Shown in pieces: positions 48,895-57,916 of a stretch of 64,000 nt of DNA. Within the stretch, counting starts at the first letter, position 1, and every line of letters begins with the position of its first letter. A program made the position numbers and the translations under genes. The notes under the pieces are model-generated. The model worked only from the letters and a program-made list of their open reading frames with translations. It had not been told where the DNA came from and ran no database searches. Source of the DNA: a bacterium (GTDB lineage Bacteria > Bacteroidota > Bacteroidia > UKL13-3). The stretch covers positions 312 through 64,311 of the forward strand of contig JAWXAZ010000036.1 in assembly GCA_034439755.1 (NCBI GenBank). The letters are read 5' to 3'.

Positions 48895-48918
48895 TTTCCA
48901 TTTCCATTTCCATTTCCA
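48895..48918. repeat. Hexanucleotide microsatellite (tttcca)x4, which reads (ATGGAA)x4 on the minus strand
   Basis: Four perfect 6-bp units, read directly from the sequence. Confidence 0.9.
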
Positions 48919-49105
48919 TTTTTCTAAACTCAAAAGTAGTGCCTATAAATCTCACTAATTTTAACTGCATTGATCTTAATCTATTTTTCTAGACTCAAAA
49001 GTTGTGCCTATTTAATCTCACTAATTTTAACTGCATTGATCTTAATCTATTTTTCTAGACTCAAAAGTTGTGCCTATTTAATCTCACTAATTTTAACCGC
49101 ATTGG
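48919..49105. repeat. Tandem repeat of about 66 bp, three copies; the last copy contains the 3' end and stop codon of pyk
   Basis: Units start at about 48919, 48984 and 49050. The string ctcactaatt recurs at 48951, 49017 and 49083. Confidence 0.9.
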
Positions 49106-50510
49106 TACGCGAGCGATTGGTAATTGGCATACTGGCGGTATTAATAACCAAGTCGCCCGATTTTAAATAGCCCATTTCCTGCAATTGGTCGTTGATATCC
49201 TGAATAGAATTATCGGTACTTTCAAAGCCTCTATATATAAAGCCACGCACACCCCAAACCAAACTTAAGGTCTTTAACAAACGCGGGTTGGTGGTAAAAA
49301 TAAAAATAGCTGCCCTTGGTCTGTACGCCGCCAAACGATACGCAGAATAACCGCTAAAGGTCATGCCCACAACAGCCGCAGCCTTCATGTGATCTGAAAT
49401 ACGCACCGCAGTAAACAAAATTTCATCCGATATAAAAGAAGGCGATTTTTCATCTGGCCTCTTGCCTTTAAAATAAGGTGCATTGGTTTTTTGCTCTACC
49501 TGCGCAATGGTTTTTTGCATAGCCCTCACACACAAATTAGGAAAAGCACCCACCGAAGTTTCGGCACTCAACATCACGGCATCGGCCCCATCCATTACGG
49601 CATTGGCCACATCATTTACCTCGGCACGCGTTGGGGTAGCAGAAGTAATCATGCTCTCCATCATTTGCGTAGCAATAATAACAGGCTTCGACTGTTCAAT
49701 GCATTTTTTCACAATCAACTTTTGCAAAACAGGAACTTGCTCCATAGGCATTTCCACACCCAAATCGCCACGCGCCACCATAATACCATCCGACACTTGA
49801 ATAATGCGGTCTATATTTTCTATGGCTTCAGGCTTTTCAATTTTGGCCACCACACGTGGCTTCCATTCATTTAACTCAATAATATTCTTGATAAAAATAA
49901 CATCATCGGCATTGCGCACAAAACTCAAAGCCACCCATTCTACCTTTTGCTCCAAGCCAAATTTCAAGTCATCCAAATCCTTCTGCGTCATGCTTGGAAT
50001 AGACATTTTGGTATCGGGCAAATTAAAGCCCTTTTTATTGGTAAGCACGCCCCCAACAAGCACCTCAGCCTTAATTATATCCTTGCGGTTAGTCTCCACA
50101 ACACGCAATTCAAGCTTCCCATCGTCTAACAAAATTCGCTCACCTTTATTTACATCCTTAGGCAAGTTTTCAAAGTTCACATATATTTTACTGGCCGAAC
50201 CAATGCATTTTTCCGTAGTCACTTCAAGGATAGATCCCGTAATTAACTCTATACGGCCATTCTCCATCTCCCCAACCCTAAGTTTTGGCCCCTGCAAATC
50301 GAGCAACATACACACATTCTTACCCAATTCGTCGTTAATCCGGTTTATATTATCTATCACCAATTGATGGTCTTGGTAAGTACCATGCGAAAAATTGAGT
50401 CTACAAACATCCACACCTTCTAAAATAATTGCCTTTAGGTTTTCGTAGCTGCTCGTTGCCGGACCAATAGTGGCAATAATTTTTGTTCGGTTAAAATTCA
50501 AATCAATCAT
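49074..50510 (-). CDS. pyk: Pyruvate kinase
   Basis: ..RTKIIATIGPA..., ..MVARGDLGVE.., ..ATQMMESM.. and full-length similarity to pyruvate kinases. Confidence 0.9.
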   Translation of the reverse strand: MIDLNFNRTKIIATIGPATSSYENLKAIILEGVDVCRLNFSHGTYQDHQLVIDNINRINDELGKNVCMLLDLQGPKLRVGEMENGRIELITGSILEVTTEKCIGSASKIYVNFENLPKDVNKGERILLDDGKLELRVVETNRKDIIKAEVLVGGVLTNKKGFNLPDTKMSIPSMTQKDLDDLKFGLEQKVEWVALSFVRNADDVIFIKNIIELNEWKPRVVAKIEKPEAIENIDRIIQVSDGIMVARGDLGVEMPMEQVPVLQKLIVKKCIEQSKPVIIATQMMESMITSATPTRAEVNDVANAVMDGADAVMLSAETSVGAFPNLCVRAMQKTIAQVEQKTNAPYFKGKRPDEKSPSFISDEILFTAVRISDHMKAAAVVGMTFSGYSAYRLAAYRPRAAIFIFTTNPRLLKTLSLVWGVRGFIYRGFESTDNSIQDINDQLQEMGYLKSGDLVINTASMPITNRSRTNAVKISEIK

Positions 50511-50512
50511 AT

Positions 50513-50923
50513 TTATATTATCCAGCTTATTTTGGACTTCACTTTTTCATTTTCAATAGGAGCCAATAATTGGATCCCAGGGAGCTTTCTGCTTTTTTGA
50601 GCGAGTTTGGCGCCATCAAAAAATTCTACACCACCACGAACCACTAACAGATAATCGAACTGTTTTAAATGAGGAGCAAGGCACAAACCAAACTCCTTAT
50701 TAGCCAACAAATGAAAATCTAGATGGTTTTCTTCGTCAAAAAAAGAAAATTTCGAAAAACTTGTCGCGGCATTGGGATTATAATCGGGCATTTGCAAATC
50801 GGCCACCCTAAAAAAATCAAACGGCGCAATTTGGTTCAGACAGAATACCATTTGACTAGCCTTGTGGCTAGATACCAAGCCAAAAAGCAGAAATGACAAA
50901 TCCTCCTCTACCTCTAATTGCAT
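50513..50923 (-). CDS. Conserved hypothetical protein, possibly IPExxxVDY-family
   Basis: I take the ATG at 50923 (MQLEVEEDLSFLLFGLVS..). The longer listed ORF, reaching 51250, would run antisense through acpP. Position between pyk and acpP matches my recollection of related genomes. Confidence 0.45.
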   Translation of the reverse strand: MQLEVEEDLSFLLFGLVSSHKASQMVFCLNQIAPFDFFRVADLQMPDYNPNAATSFSKFSFFDEENHLDFHLLANKEFGLCLAPHLKQFDYLLVVRGGVEFFDGAKLAQKSRKLPGIQLLAPIENEKVKSKISWII

Positions 50924-51092
50924 GTTTTTCAATGGCACAAAGTAATGGTTTTTAAGGCAATTTCTGCCATGATTTTCAAAATTTTTAGGCAATGAAAACC
51001 AAAATAGTAGGAGATAAATTTGCAGTTGAAATGAAAACTTGCTTTTTATTTCTAAAAAGTAGTTTATTTGCAGACTATTAAATCTTAAGAAA

Positions 51093-51332
51093 ATGTCAGA
51101 TATCAAAGGAAGAGTTAAGACCATTATTATGGACAAACTTGGCGTTGAAGAAAGTGAAATCAACGAAGAAGCGAGTTTTACGAACGATCTAGGTGCCGAT
51201 TCATTGGATACCGTTGAGTTAATTATGGAATTCGAAAAGGAATTCAACATTGCTATTCCAGACGATCAAGCTGAAAAGATTGGTACCGTTGGCCAAGCAA
51301 TTTCCTACATCGAGCAAAACGTAAAAAGCTAA
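51093..51332 (+). CDS. acpP: Acyl carrier protein
   Basis: ..[19 protein letters not shown].. is the phosphopantetheine attachment motif. Confidence 0.95.
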   Translation: MSDIKGRVKTIIMDKLGVEESEINEEASFTNDLGADSLDTVELIMEFEKEFNIAIPDDQAEKIGTVGQAISYIEQNVKS

Positions 51333-51357
51333 TCAGGCATTTATTAATTAATTGCTA

Positions 51358-52608
51358 ATGCTTTCCCGCAGAGTTGTTGTTACAGGACTAGGTGCTTTAA
51401 CACCCATTGGAAACACCTTACAAGACTATTGGGATGGACTATCAAATGGGGTTAGTGGCTCTGCGCTCACTACCCAATTTGATACTTCCAAATTCAAAAC
51501 CAAATTCTCTTGTGAAGTTAAAAATTTCGATCCCACCCAATTTATCGACAAAAAAGAGGCCCGCAGAATGGACCGCTTTACGCAATTTGCTGTTGTTTCA
51601 TCTGATGAAGCAATAAAAGATGCGGGGCTAGACGATTCTATTAACAAGGATCGTGTTGGCGTTATTTGGGGCACCGGAATAGGTGGTTTGCACACTTTTT
51701 TGAATGAGGTTACCGCTTTCGTTAAAGGCGATGGTACACCTCGGTTCAGTCCATTCTTTATTCCCATGATGATTGCAGACATCTCTGCAGGATTAATTTC
51801 CATTCGCCATGGGTATAGAGGTCCCAACTTTGTTACGGTGGCAGCTTGTGCTTCTTCTAGCAATGCCATTGCCGACGCTTTTAACTACATTCGATTAAAC
51901 AAAGCAGACATCATTGTAACGGGTGGTTCTGAGGCTTGTGTAAACGAAGCATCTATTGGCGGATTCAATGCCATGAAAGCTTTGAGCGAGCGCAACGATG
52001 ATCCAGCTACTGCTTCGAGGCCGTTCGACCTCGACCGCGATGGGTTTGTATTGGGAGAAGGTGCAGGAGCACTTATCTTAGAAGAATACGAACATGCCAA
52101 AGCACGTGGAGCAAAAATTTATTGCGAAATTATGGGCACTGGTTTATCAGCAGATGCCTATCACATGACAGCACCACATCCAGAAGGTTTGGGTGCCACC
52201 AATGTAATGAAATATGCATTGGAAGATGCGGGCATGAAACCAGAAGACATCGATTACGTAAACGTACATGGCACTTCTACGCCTTTGGGCGATCCCCAAG
52301 AGATTAAAGCCATCCTATCCGTTTTTGGCGATCATGCCTATAACATGAACATCAGTTCTACCAAATCAATGACAGGCCACCTCTTAGGCGGTGCGGGTGC
52401 CATTGAAACACTTGCTTGTATTTTGGCTATTCACAAAGGCATTATTCCGCCTACCATTAACCACTTTACAGATGATCCTGCTTTTGATCCTAGGTTGAAC
52501 CTAACCTTTAACAAGGCACAGCATAGGGAAGTTAAAGCCGCTATCAGCAATACATTTGGTTTTGGAGGTCACAATGCTTCGGTGATTGTGAAAAAATTTG
52601 AAGCATAA
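51358..52608 (+). CDS. fabF: Beta-ketoacyl-ACP synthase II
   Basis: ..RRVVVTGLG..., active-site ..ACASS.., ..HGTSTPLGD.. and ..NTFGFGGHN... Confidence 0.95.
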   Translation: MLSRRVVVTGLGALTPIGNTLQDYWDGLSNGVSGSALTTQFDTSKFKTKFSCEVKNFDPTQFIDKKEARRMDRFTQFAVVSSDEAIKDAGLDDSINKDRVGVIWGTGIGGLHTFLNEVTAFVKGDGTPRFSPFFIPMMIADISAGLISIRHGYRGPNFVTVAACASSSNAIADAFNYIRLNKADIIVTGGSEACVNEASIGGFNAMKALSERNDDPATASRPFDLDRDGFVLGEGAGALILEEYEHAKARGAKIYCEIMGTGLSADAYHMTAPHPEGLGATNVMKYALEDAGMKPEDIDYVNVHGTSTPLGDPQEIKAILSVFGDHAYNMNISSTKSMTGHLLGGAGAIETLACILAIHKGIIPPTINHFTDDPAFDPRLNLTFNKAQHREVKAAISNTFGFGGHNASVIVKKFEA

Positions 52609-52611
52609 ATT

Positions 52612-53358
52612 TTGCTTAGGCGAATCCTCACTCACCTTAGGCCACGAACTGCCGAACAACGCTCTCTTGCACTTAAAATAAGAGGAATTACTGGCTTTAT
52701 GCCCTCTAGCTTAAAAGCGTATGAGCAAGCACTAAGGCACCACTCTGTTTCCAAAACCATCCATTCTTCGGGCTCAAAAGACAGCAACGAACGCTTAGAA
52801 TTCCTAGGCGATGCCATGTTAAATGCCATTGTTGCCGAATTCTTGTTTTTAAAATACCCTTTTAAAGACGAAGGTTTCCTCACCCAACTCAGGTCTAAAA
52901 TCGTTAGTCGGGAAAGTTTAAACGAACTGGCTATCAAAATTCACTTAAATCAAATTGTGGAGTACGACCGCAAAGCTCTGCAAAACATTACCCTTCGCAA
53001 CAGCATTTTTGGCAATGCCCTAGAAGCATTTTTAGGCGCTATCTTGTTAGATGCAGGCTTTGATGGCTGCAAGCGGTTTATCATAGACAACTTACTGCGC
53101 TTTCACATAGATGTAGACAAGCTACAAATCACAGAAACCAACTTCAAAGGCAGGCTCATAGAGTACGCCCAAAAGAACAACAAACAAGTTGATTTTGTGG
53201 TAGAAGAAATTCCAGATGGTAAGAACCGCATCTATAAAATAACGGTTAAATTTGGCGACAAAGACATGGGCATGGCCCAACACACTTCCAAAAAGAAAGC
53301 AGAACAAATGGCCGCCCAAAAGACTTTTGAAGCAATGGGCTTAGCCTTAGAAAATTAG
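52612..53358 (+). CDS. rnc: Ribonuclease III
   Basis: ..NERLEFLGDAML.. is the RNase III signature. C-terminal dsRBD (..KKKAEQMAAQ..). TTG start. Confidence 0.9.
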   Translation: MLRRILTHLRPRTAEQRSLALKIRGITGFMPSSLKAYEQALRHHSVSKTIHSSGSKDSNERLEFLGDAMLNAIVAEFLFLKYPFKDEGFLTQLRSKIVSRESLNELAIKIHLNQIVEYDRKALQNITLRNSIFGNALEAFLGAILLDAGFDGCKRFIIDNLLRFHIDVDKLQITETNFKGRLIEYAQKNNKQVDFVVEEIPDGKNRIYKITVKFGDKDMGMAQHTSKKKAEQMAAQKTFEAMGLALEN

Positions 53359-53375
53359 TTTTTTTTAGCAGCAGG

Positions 53376-54374
53376 CTAAAATCTTTTAACCTTGTGGTGG
53401 CAATAAGGCTCGCCTCCACCCTTCTCATAATATTCTTGGTGATAACCTTCGGCAGGCCAGAATTTGCTAGCCTTTATTAATTTTGTGGCCACATTAAATC
53501 CTTTTGTTCTTAATTGCGCTATGAGATTTTCGGTGCTTGCTTTTTGGGTATCATCCATATAAAAAACAACCGATTGGTATTGCTGCCCAATATCATTTCC
53601 TTGTCCGTTTGCCTGCGTTGGGTCGTGAATTTCAAAAAACAACTTAGCCAAAGTTTCGTAATTGGTAACACTTGGGTCAAACTCTACTTCTATGGCTTCG
53701 TAATGGCCAGTGCTATGACTCAAGACTTCTCTATAAGTGGGATTTAATTTGGTTCCACCCGTATAACCAACAGTTGTATTTAAAACGCCTTTTTCGTGCT
53801 GAAAATAATATTCAACACCCCAAAAACATCCGCCTGCAAAAATTGCTTTGTTGCTTTCGGTCTGAACCAAGGCGTCCATAAATTTTAAAGAGGATGTATT
53901 TACACAATGACGCGTGTCTTTATCTGTTAAACCTTCCCCATAAAAAACATGACCTAAATGCCCACCACATTTGGTACAAGTAATTTCTGTTCTTCTACCA
54001 TCTGCGTCGGTAGTTTTGGTAACCGCACCCTTAATCTCATCATCAAAACTTGGCCAACCGCAATTGGAATGAAATTTTGAATCGGAAGTATACAAAGGGG
54101 CATCACATTGCCTACACACATACATACCCTTGGTAAACTTATCGGTATACTCGCCGGTAAAGGGGCGGTCTGTTCCTTTTCCTAAAATTACACGCTTTTC
54201 GTCTTCCGTTAAAGGGTTCAACTTGATACCATTTTCCATTTTTTTAGTTATTTGTTTGGTTTCCTTGTTTGTGTTTTGTTCCGATTGTCCATTACAAGCA
54301 GAAATGCTTAATAGCAGCAAAAATATAAAGAGTATCCTTTTCAAAATATGAATAGCATTAATTTGTTGAATCAT
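53376..54374 (-). CDS. msrAB: Exported bifunctional methionine sulfoxide reductase (MsrB then MsrA)
   Basis: Lipobox LSISAC. MsrB CxxC pairs (CRQC, CTKC) and RHCVNS. MsrA GGCFWGVE. Confidence 0.85.
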   Translation of the reverse strand: MIQQINAIHILKRILFIFLLLLSISACNGQSEQNTNKETKQITKKMENGIKLNPLTEDEKRVILGKGTDRPFTGEYTDKFTKGMYVCRQCDAPLYTSDSKFHSNCGWPSFDDEIKGAVTKTTDADGRRTEITCTKCGGHLGHVFYGEGLTDKDTRHCVNTSSLKFMDALVQTESNKAIFAGGCFWGVEYYFQHEKGVLNTTVGYTGGTKLNPTYREVLSHSTGHYEAIEVEFDPSVTNYETLAKLFFEIHDPTQANGQGNDIGQQYQSVVFYMDDTQKASTENLIAQLRTKGFNVATKLIKASKFWPAEGYHQEYYEKGGGEPYCHHKVKRF

Positions 54375-54515
54375 CTTAAAATAATTTATGTGCCAAAACA
54401 AAACGTAAATACTTTAACAAAAGTGTTCAAAATTAGTTTCAATACAAGCTAAAAAATAAAGTGGTGCAAAATATTTGTCTTATTCTTGCTACATCAATTA
54501 CCTAGACTCTATATA

Positions 54516-55259
54516 ATGCGCTATTTCATAAAATTAGCATACAACGGCAAAAATTACCATGGTTGGCAAAAGCAACCCAATGCGCACAGCGTTCAAGGAG
54601 AAATTGAGTCCAAACTTTCCATTCTACTTAAAGAAAACATAGAAATTACAGGCTGTGGACGAACCGATACAGGGGTGCATGCAAAGGCGTATTTCCTGCA
54701 TTTTGAGTTGGATCGGACCATAGATACTAAAAAATTAGGCACGCAACTCAATTCCATCTTGCCAAGAGACATTTCCATCTACGAAGTTTACGAAGTAGAC
54801 AATGGCCTGCACGCAAGGTTTAGCGCCAGCTCCCGCGAATACGAATATTGGATTTCTACTCGCCCAGATCCTTTTGCCCATGAGCTCAGCTTGCTTTGCA
54901 CTACCGAACTTAACCTAGCGGCCATGAACGAGGCGGCGGCCATCTTACTAAAGCATACCGATTTTGAGTGCTTTAGCAAAGTGCATACCGATGTAAAAAC
55001 TTTTAATTGCCAAATAACCCATGCCCAATGGGAAATACAGCCCAATCACAAATTGGTTTTTACCATACGGGCCGATCGTTTTTTACGCAATATGGTGCGT
55101 GCTATTGTGGGCACCTTGCTCAATGTAGGCAAGGGCAAAATTAGTGCAGCAGATGTAACGCAAATACTCCAGAGCAAGAACCGCAGCGAAGCCGGCGAAA
55201 GTGTTGCAGCGCATGGATTGTTCCTTACCAAAATTACCTATCAAGAAAAGGAATTATAG
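54516..55259 (+). CDS. truA: tRNA pseudouridine(38-40) synthase
   Basis: MRYFIKLAYNGKNYHGWQKQ.. and ..GCGRTDTGVHA.. with the catalytic Asp. Confidence 0.9.
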   Translation: MRYFIKLAYNGKNYHGWQKQPNAHSVQGEIESKLSILLKENIEITGCGRTDTGVHAKAYFLHFELDRTIDTKKLGTQLNSILPRDISIYEVYEVDNGLHARFSASSREYEYWISTRPDPFAHELSLLCTTELNLAAMNEAAAILLKHTDFECFSKVHTDVKTFNCQITHAQWEIQPNHKLVFTIRADRFLRNMVRAIVGTLLNVGKGKISAADVTQILQSKNRSEAGESVAAHGLFLTKITYQEKEL

Positions 55260-55375
55260 GCAAAGTAAGCCTAGCACCAAATTTTTCTTAAAAAAACGGA
55301 TTGGTTCAAACCAAAAATGCGCTTGGTTCAGCCCAAATATTTTTAAAGCATAAACCATTAGTTCTGTTTGAACCA

Positions 55376-55425
55376 ATAAAAAAAAATAGTTGGGAACGAG
55401 CAAATAGTTTGCCAGCTCCCAACTA
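55376..55425 (-). terminator. Rho-independent terminator candidate
   Basis: On the minus strand: AGTTGGGAGCTGGCAAACTATTTGCTCGTTCCCAACT, with outer 8-bp and inner 5-bp stems, followed by T9. It lies directly after the EF-G paralog stop. Confidence 0.6.
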
Positions 55426-55439
55426 TTATATTTATAGAA

Positions 55440-57575
55440 TTAGGCCAAATCGTCTTTGGCAACTTTTAGATAATCTTCCACCAATTTCTTCTGAATTTCG
55501 TAAGCAACGGGTTGGTAAGAATCGAATTTCATGCTATAGTTTGCCTTACCTTGCGATATGCTTTTTAAAGAAGATTGGTAATCTTGCATTTCAGACAATG
55601 GAACTTTGGCATTAATCTTTTGATAATGCTTGTAGGTATCCATGCCTTCTATGATGCCACGGCGGGTTTGCAAATCGCCCATAACGGCACCGGTAATATC
55701 ATCGTTACACAAAACTTCTACCATATAAACAGGCTCCATCAACTGAGGATCGGCCAGGTGAAATGCCTCTTTAAAGGCCATCATGCCTGCAATTTTAAAG
55801 GAGATATCATTGGAGTCTACTGCATGCATTTTGCCATCATAAATACACACACGCACATCGCGCACATAACTACCCGTAAGCGGACCTTCATGCATTTTTT
55901 CCATGATACCTTTTAAGATAGAAGGTAAGAAACGGTTGTCTATTACCCCGCCAACTATGCAATTATAAAACACCAATTTACCACCCCATGGCAAAGGATG
56001 CTCATCGCGGCCGCGCACACTTACATTTACGGGATCTGGCATGCCTTCATAAAAAGGTTCTACAATCATGTGAACTTCGCCAAACTGACCAGCGCCACCA
56101 CTTTGTTTTTTATGGCGATAAAATGAGGTAACCGATTTGCGAATGGTCTCGCGGTAAGCAATCTTTGGTCGCACAAAATTTACATCCAATTTATAGATGT
56201 GATCGAGCTTCCATTTTACCACAGCTAAGTGCATTTCGCCCCTGCAATTAATTAAGGTTTGCTTTAATTCTTGCGAGGATACAATGTTTAAACTCGGGTC
56301 CTCTTCATTGAGTTGATGCAAGGCTGCCGACAATTTATCCTCTTCGCCTTTTTTAACTAATTCAATGGCCATTTGCAAGTGAGGCTCTGGGAAAACAATT
56401 GGGTTCAGGGCAATATTTTTACCTTTTACATGCAAAGAATTATTGGTATGGGTATTGCGTAATTTTATGGTAGCGCCAATATCACCGGCGGCCAATTCAT
56501 CAACAGGAATGCGCTTCTTACCTTCTAATAAAAATAACTGATTAAGCTTTTCACTGGTTCCATTGTTTTCATTTACCAATTCCATGCCCACGGATACGGT
56601 TCCAGAATATACTTTAAACAACGACATTTCGCCCAGGTGCGCTTCGTTAACGGTTTTAAAAACAAAGATACAAGTTGCACCATCTGCTTTGCAAGGCAGG
56701 CTATCGCCATTGATGGTGATTTGCACGGGCATTTCACTGGCGCTCGGACAAACATTGTCTATAAAGCCTAAAATGCGGCCAATGCCCATATCTTTTTTGG
56801 CAGAAGTGCAGAACAATGGAAACAAATCGTGGTTAATTAAAGATTTTTTTAATCCAGCACGCATGTCATCCTCGCTTAAAGTACCCTGCTCAAAATACTT
56901 CTCCATTAAACCCTCATCGTTGCCCGCAATGGCCTCAATAAGGTCCTTTTGCATTTGCTCTGCCTTCTCCATTTGGGCGGCAGGAATAGGCAATTTTTGA
57001 GGCTTACCACCTTCTGCTGCAAACTGATAAAGCACCATATTAAGCACATCAACAATGGCATTAAAACCCGCACCCTGGTTTAGCGGATATTGCACCACCA
57101 CCACGTTGCTGCCAAAACGGTTGCGCGCTTGCTCTACCGTGCGTTCAAAATCTGCCAGTTCATGATCCATTTGGTTCACGGCAATGAGCATGGGCGTTTT
57201 AAACTCCTCTGTGTATTCCCAAACAATTTCGGTTCCAACCTCCACCCCGTGGGCACCATTGAGCACCATAATGCCTGTATCGGCCACACGCAAAGAAGCA
57301 ATTACCTCCCCTGCAAAATCGTCGAAGCCAGGCGTATCAATGATGTTAATTTTATACCCCTTCCAAGTGGTATGAAGCAATTTTGCAAAAACAGAATTCC
57401 CTCGCTCCTGCTCCAATTCATGGTAATCGGCAATGGTATTTTTCTCTTCAACAGTTCCCCTGCGCGTAATTAAACCCGCTTCGTAAACTGCACATTCGGC
57501 GAGGGTTGTTTTACCACTGCCAGAATGCCCAAGCAAGACAATGTTCTTAACATGGGCGGTATCAAAAGTTGCCAT
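55440..57575 (-). CDS. Elongation factor G paralog (EF-G2 type)
   Basis: G1 motif ..VLLGHSGSGKTTLAE.. is the EF-G2-like form rather than AHIDAGKTT. DTPG and NQMD motifs are present. Full five-domain length. Not located in a str operon. Confidence 0.85.
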   Translation of the reverse strand: MATFDTAHVKNIVLLGHSGSGKTTLAECAVYEAGLITRRGTVEEKNTIADYHELEQERGNSVFAKLLHTTWKGYKINIIDTPGFDDFAGEVIASLRVADTGIMVLNGAHGVEVGTEIVWEYTEEFKTPMLIAVNQMDHELADFERTVEQARNRFGSNVVVVQYPLNQGAGFNAIVDVLNMVLYQFAAEGGKPQKLPIPAAQMEKAEQMQKDLIEAIAGNDEGLMEKYFEQGTLSEDDMRAGLKKSLINHDLFPLFCTSAKKDMGIGRILGFIDNVCPSASEMPVQITINGDSLPCKADGATCIFVFKTVNEAHLGEMSLFKVYSGTVSVGMELVNENNGTSEKLNQLFLLEGKKRIPVDELAAGDIGATIKLRNTHTNNSLHVKGKNIALNPIVFPEPHLQMAIELVKKGEEDKLSAALHQLNEEDPSLNIVSSQELKQTLINCRGEMHLAVVKWKLDHIYKLDVNFVRPKIAYRETIRKSVTSFYRHKKQSGGAGQFGEVHMIVEPFYEGMPDPVNVSVRGRDEHPLPWGGKLVFYNCIVGGVIDNRFLPSILKGIMEKMHEGPLTGSYVRDVRVCIYDGKMHAVDSNDISFKIAGMMAFKEAFHLADPQLMEPVYMVEVLCNDDITGAVMGDLQTRRGIIEGMDTYKHYQKINAKVPLSEMQDYQSSLKSISQGKANYSMKFDSYQPVAYEIQKKLVEDYLKVAKDDLA

Positions 57576-57916
57576 ATATATATAAATTTGTTAACACGAA
57601 ATTATTCTATAATGGCATTCCTAGGTATGATTTAAATTAGTTTTCAAGCTATTAAATGTCAATATTAAACCCGCGCCCATTAAATTTACACTAAAGAGGG
57701 TCTAGCAGGGTAAAAATGGTAAAATAAGGCTGCATTAAAGCCGAAATTAGGCTTATATTCCTATTTTTAGTAAAATAAGCTTTATTTTTTGACCTTCATT
57801 TTACTAATTTGCATTCGCTATGGCATTGCATCCTTTTTCAGAAGAGCAAATTATTGCTAGGCTACAATTCGAAAATCCATGGTGGGGATAAATACACTAG
57901 AAAGTCAAAAATAAAC

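Noticed and set aside
48690-49105. The possibility that the 62-bp and 66-bp arrays are a CRISPR array or a real gene (track ORFs 48630..48854 and 48970..49170, plus strand).
   Set aside because: The units are contiguous with no spacers. The plus-strand ORFs are just periodic translations of the repeat (MILIYFSRLKSCAYLISLILTAL repeated) and overlap the pyk 3' end.
49483-50367. Plus-strand ORFs of 105-187 aa inside pyk.
   Set aside because: They are antisense to a full-length, motif-complete pyruvate kinase and have no independent support.
50826-50845. Occurrences of ttggttcag inside genes (for example 37895-37915, 50826-50845, 63255-63275) considered as further copies of the dispersed intergenic motif.
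   Set aside because: On the coding (minus) strand they read CTGAACCAA, which encodes Leu-Asn-Gln. They lack the ACCGAAA half of the motif, so they are explained by coding sequence.
50924-51250. The N-terminal extension of the listed 245-aa ORF 50513..51250 (-).
   Set aside because: The extension runs antisense through the unmistakable acpP gene (51093..51332) and encodes Ser/Leu/Ile-rich low-complexity sequence. The internal ATG at 50923 gives a sensible 136-aa protein.
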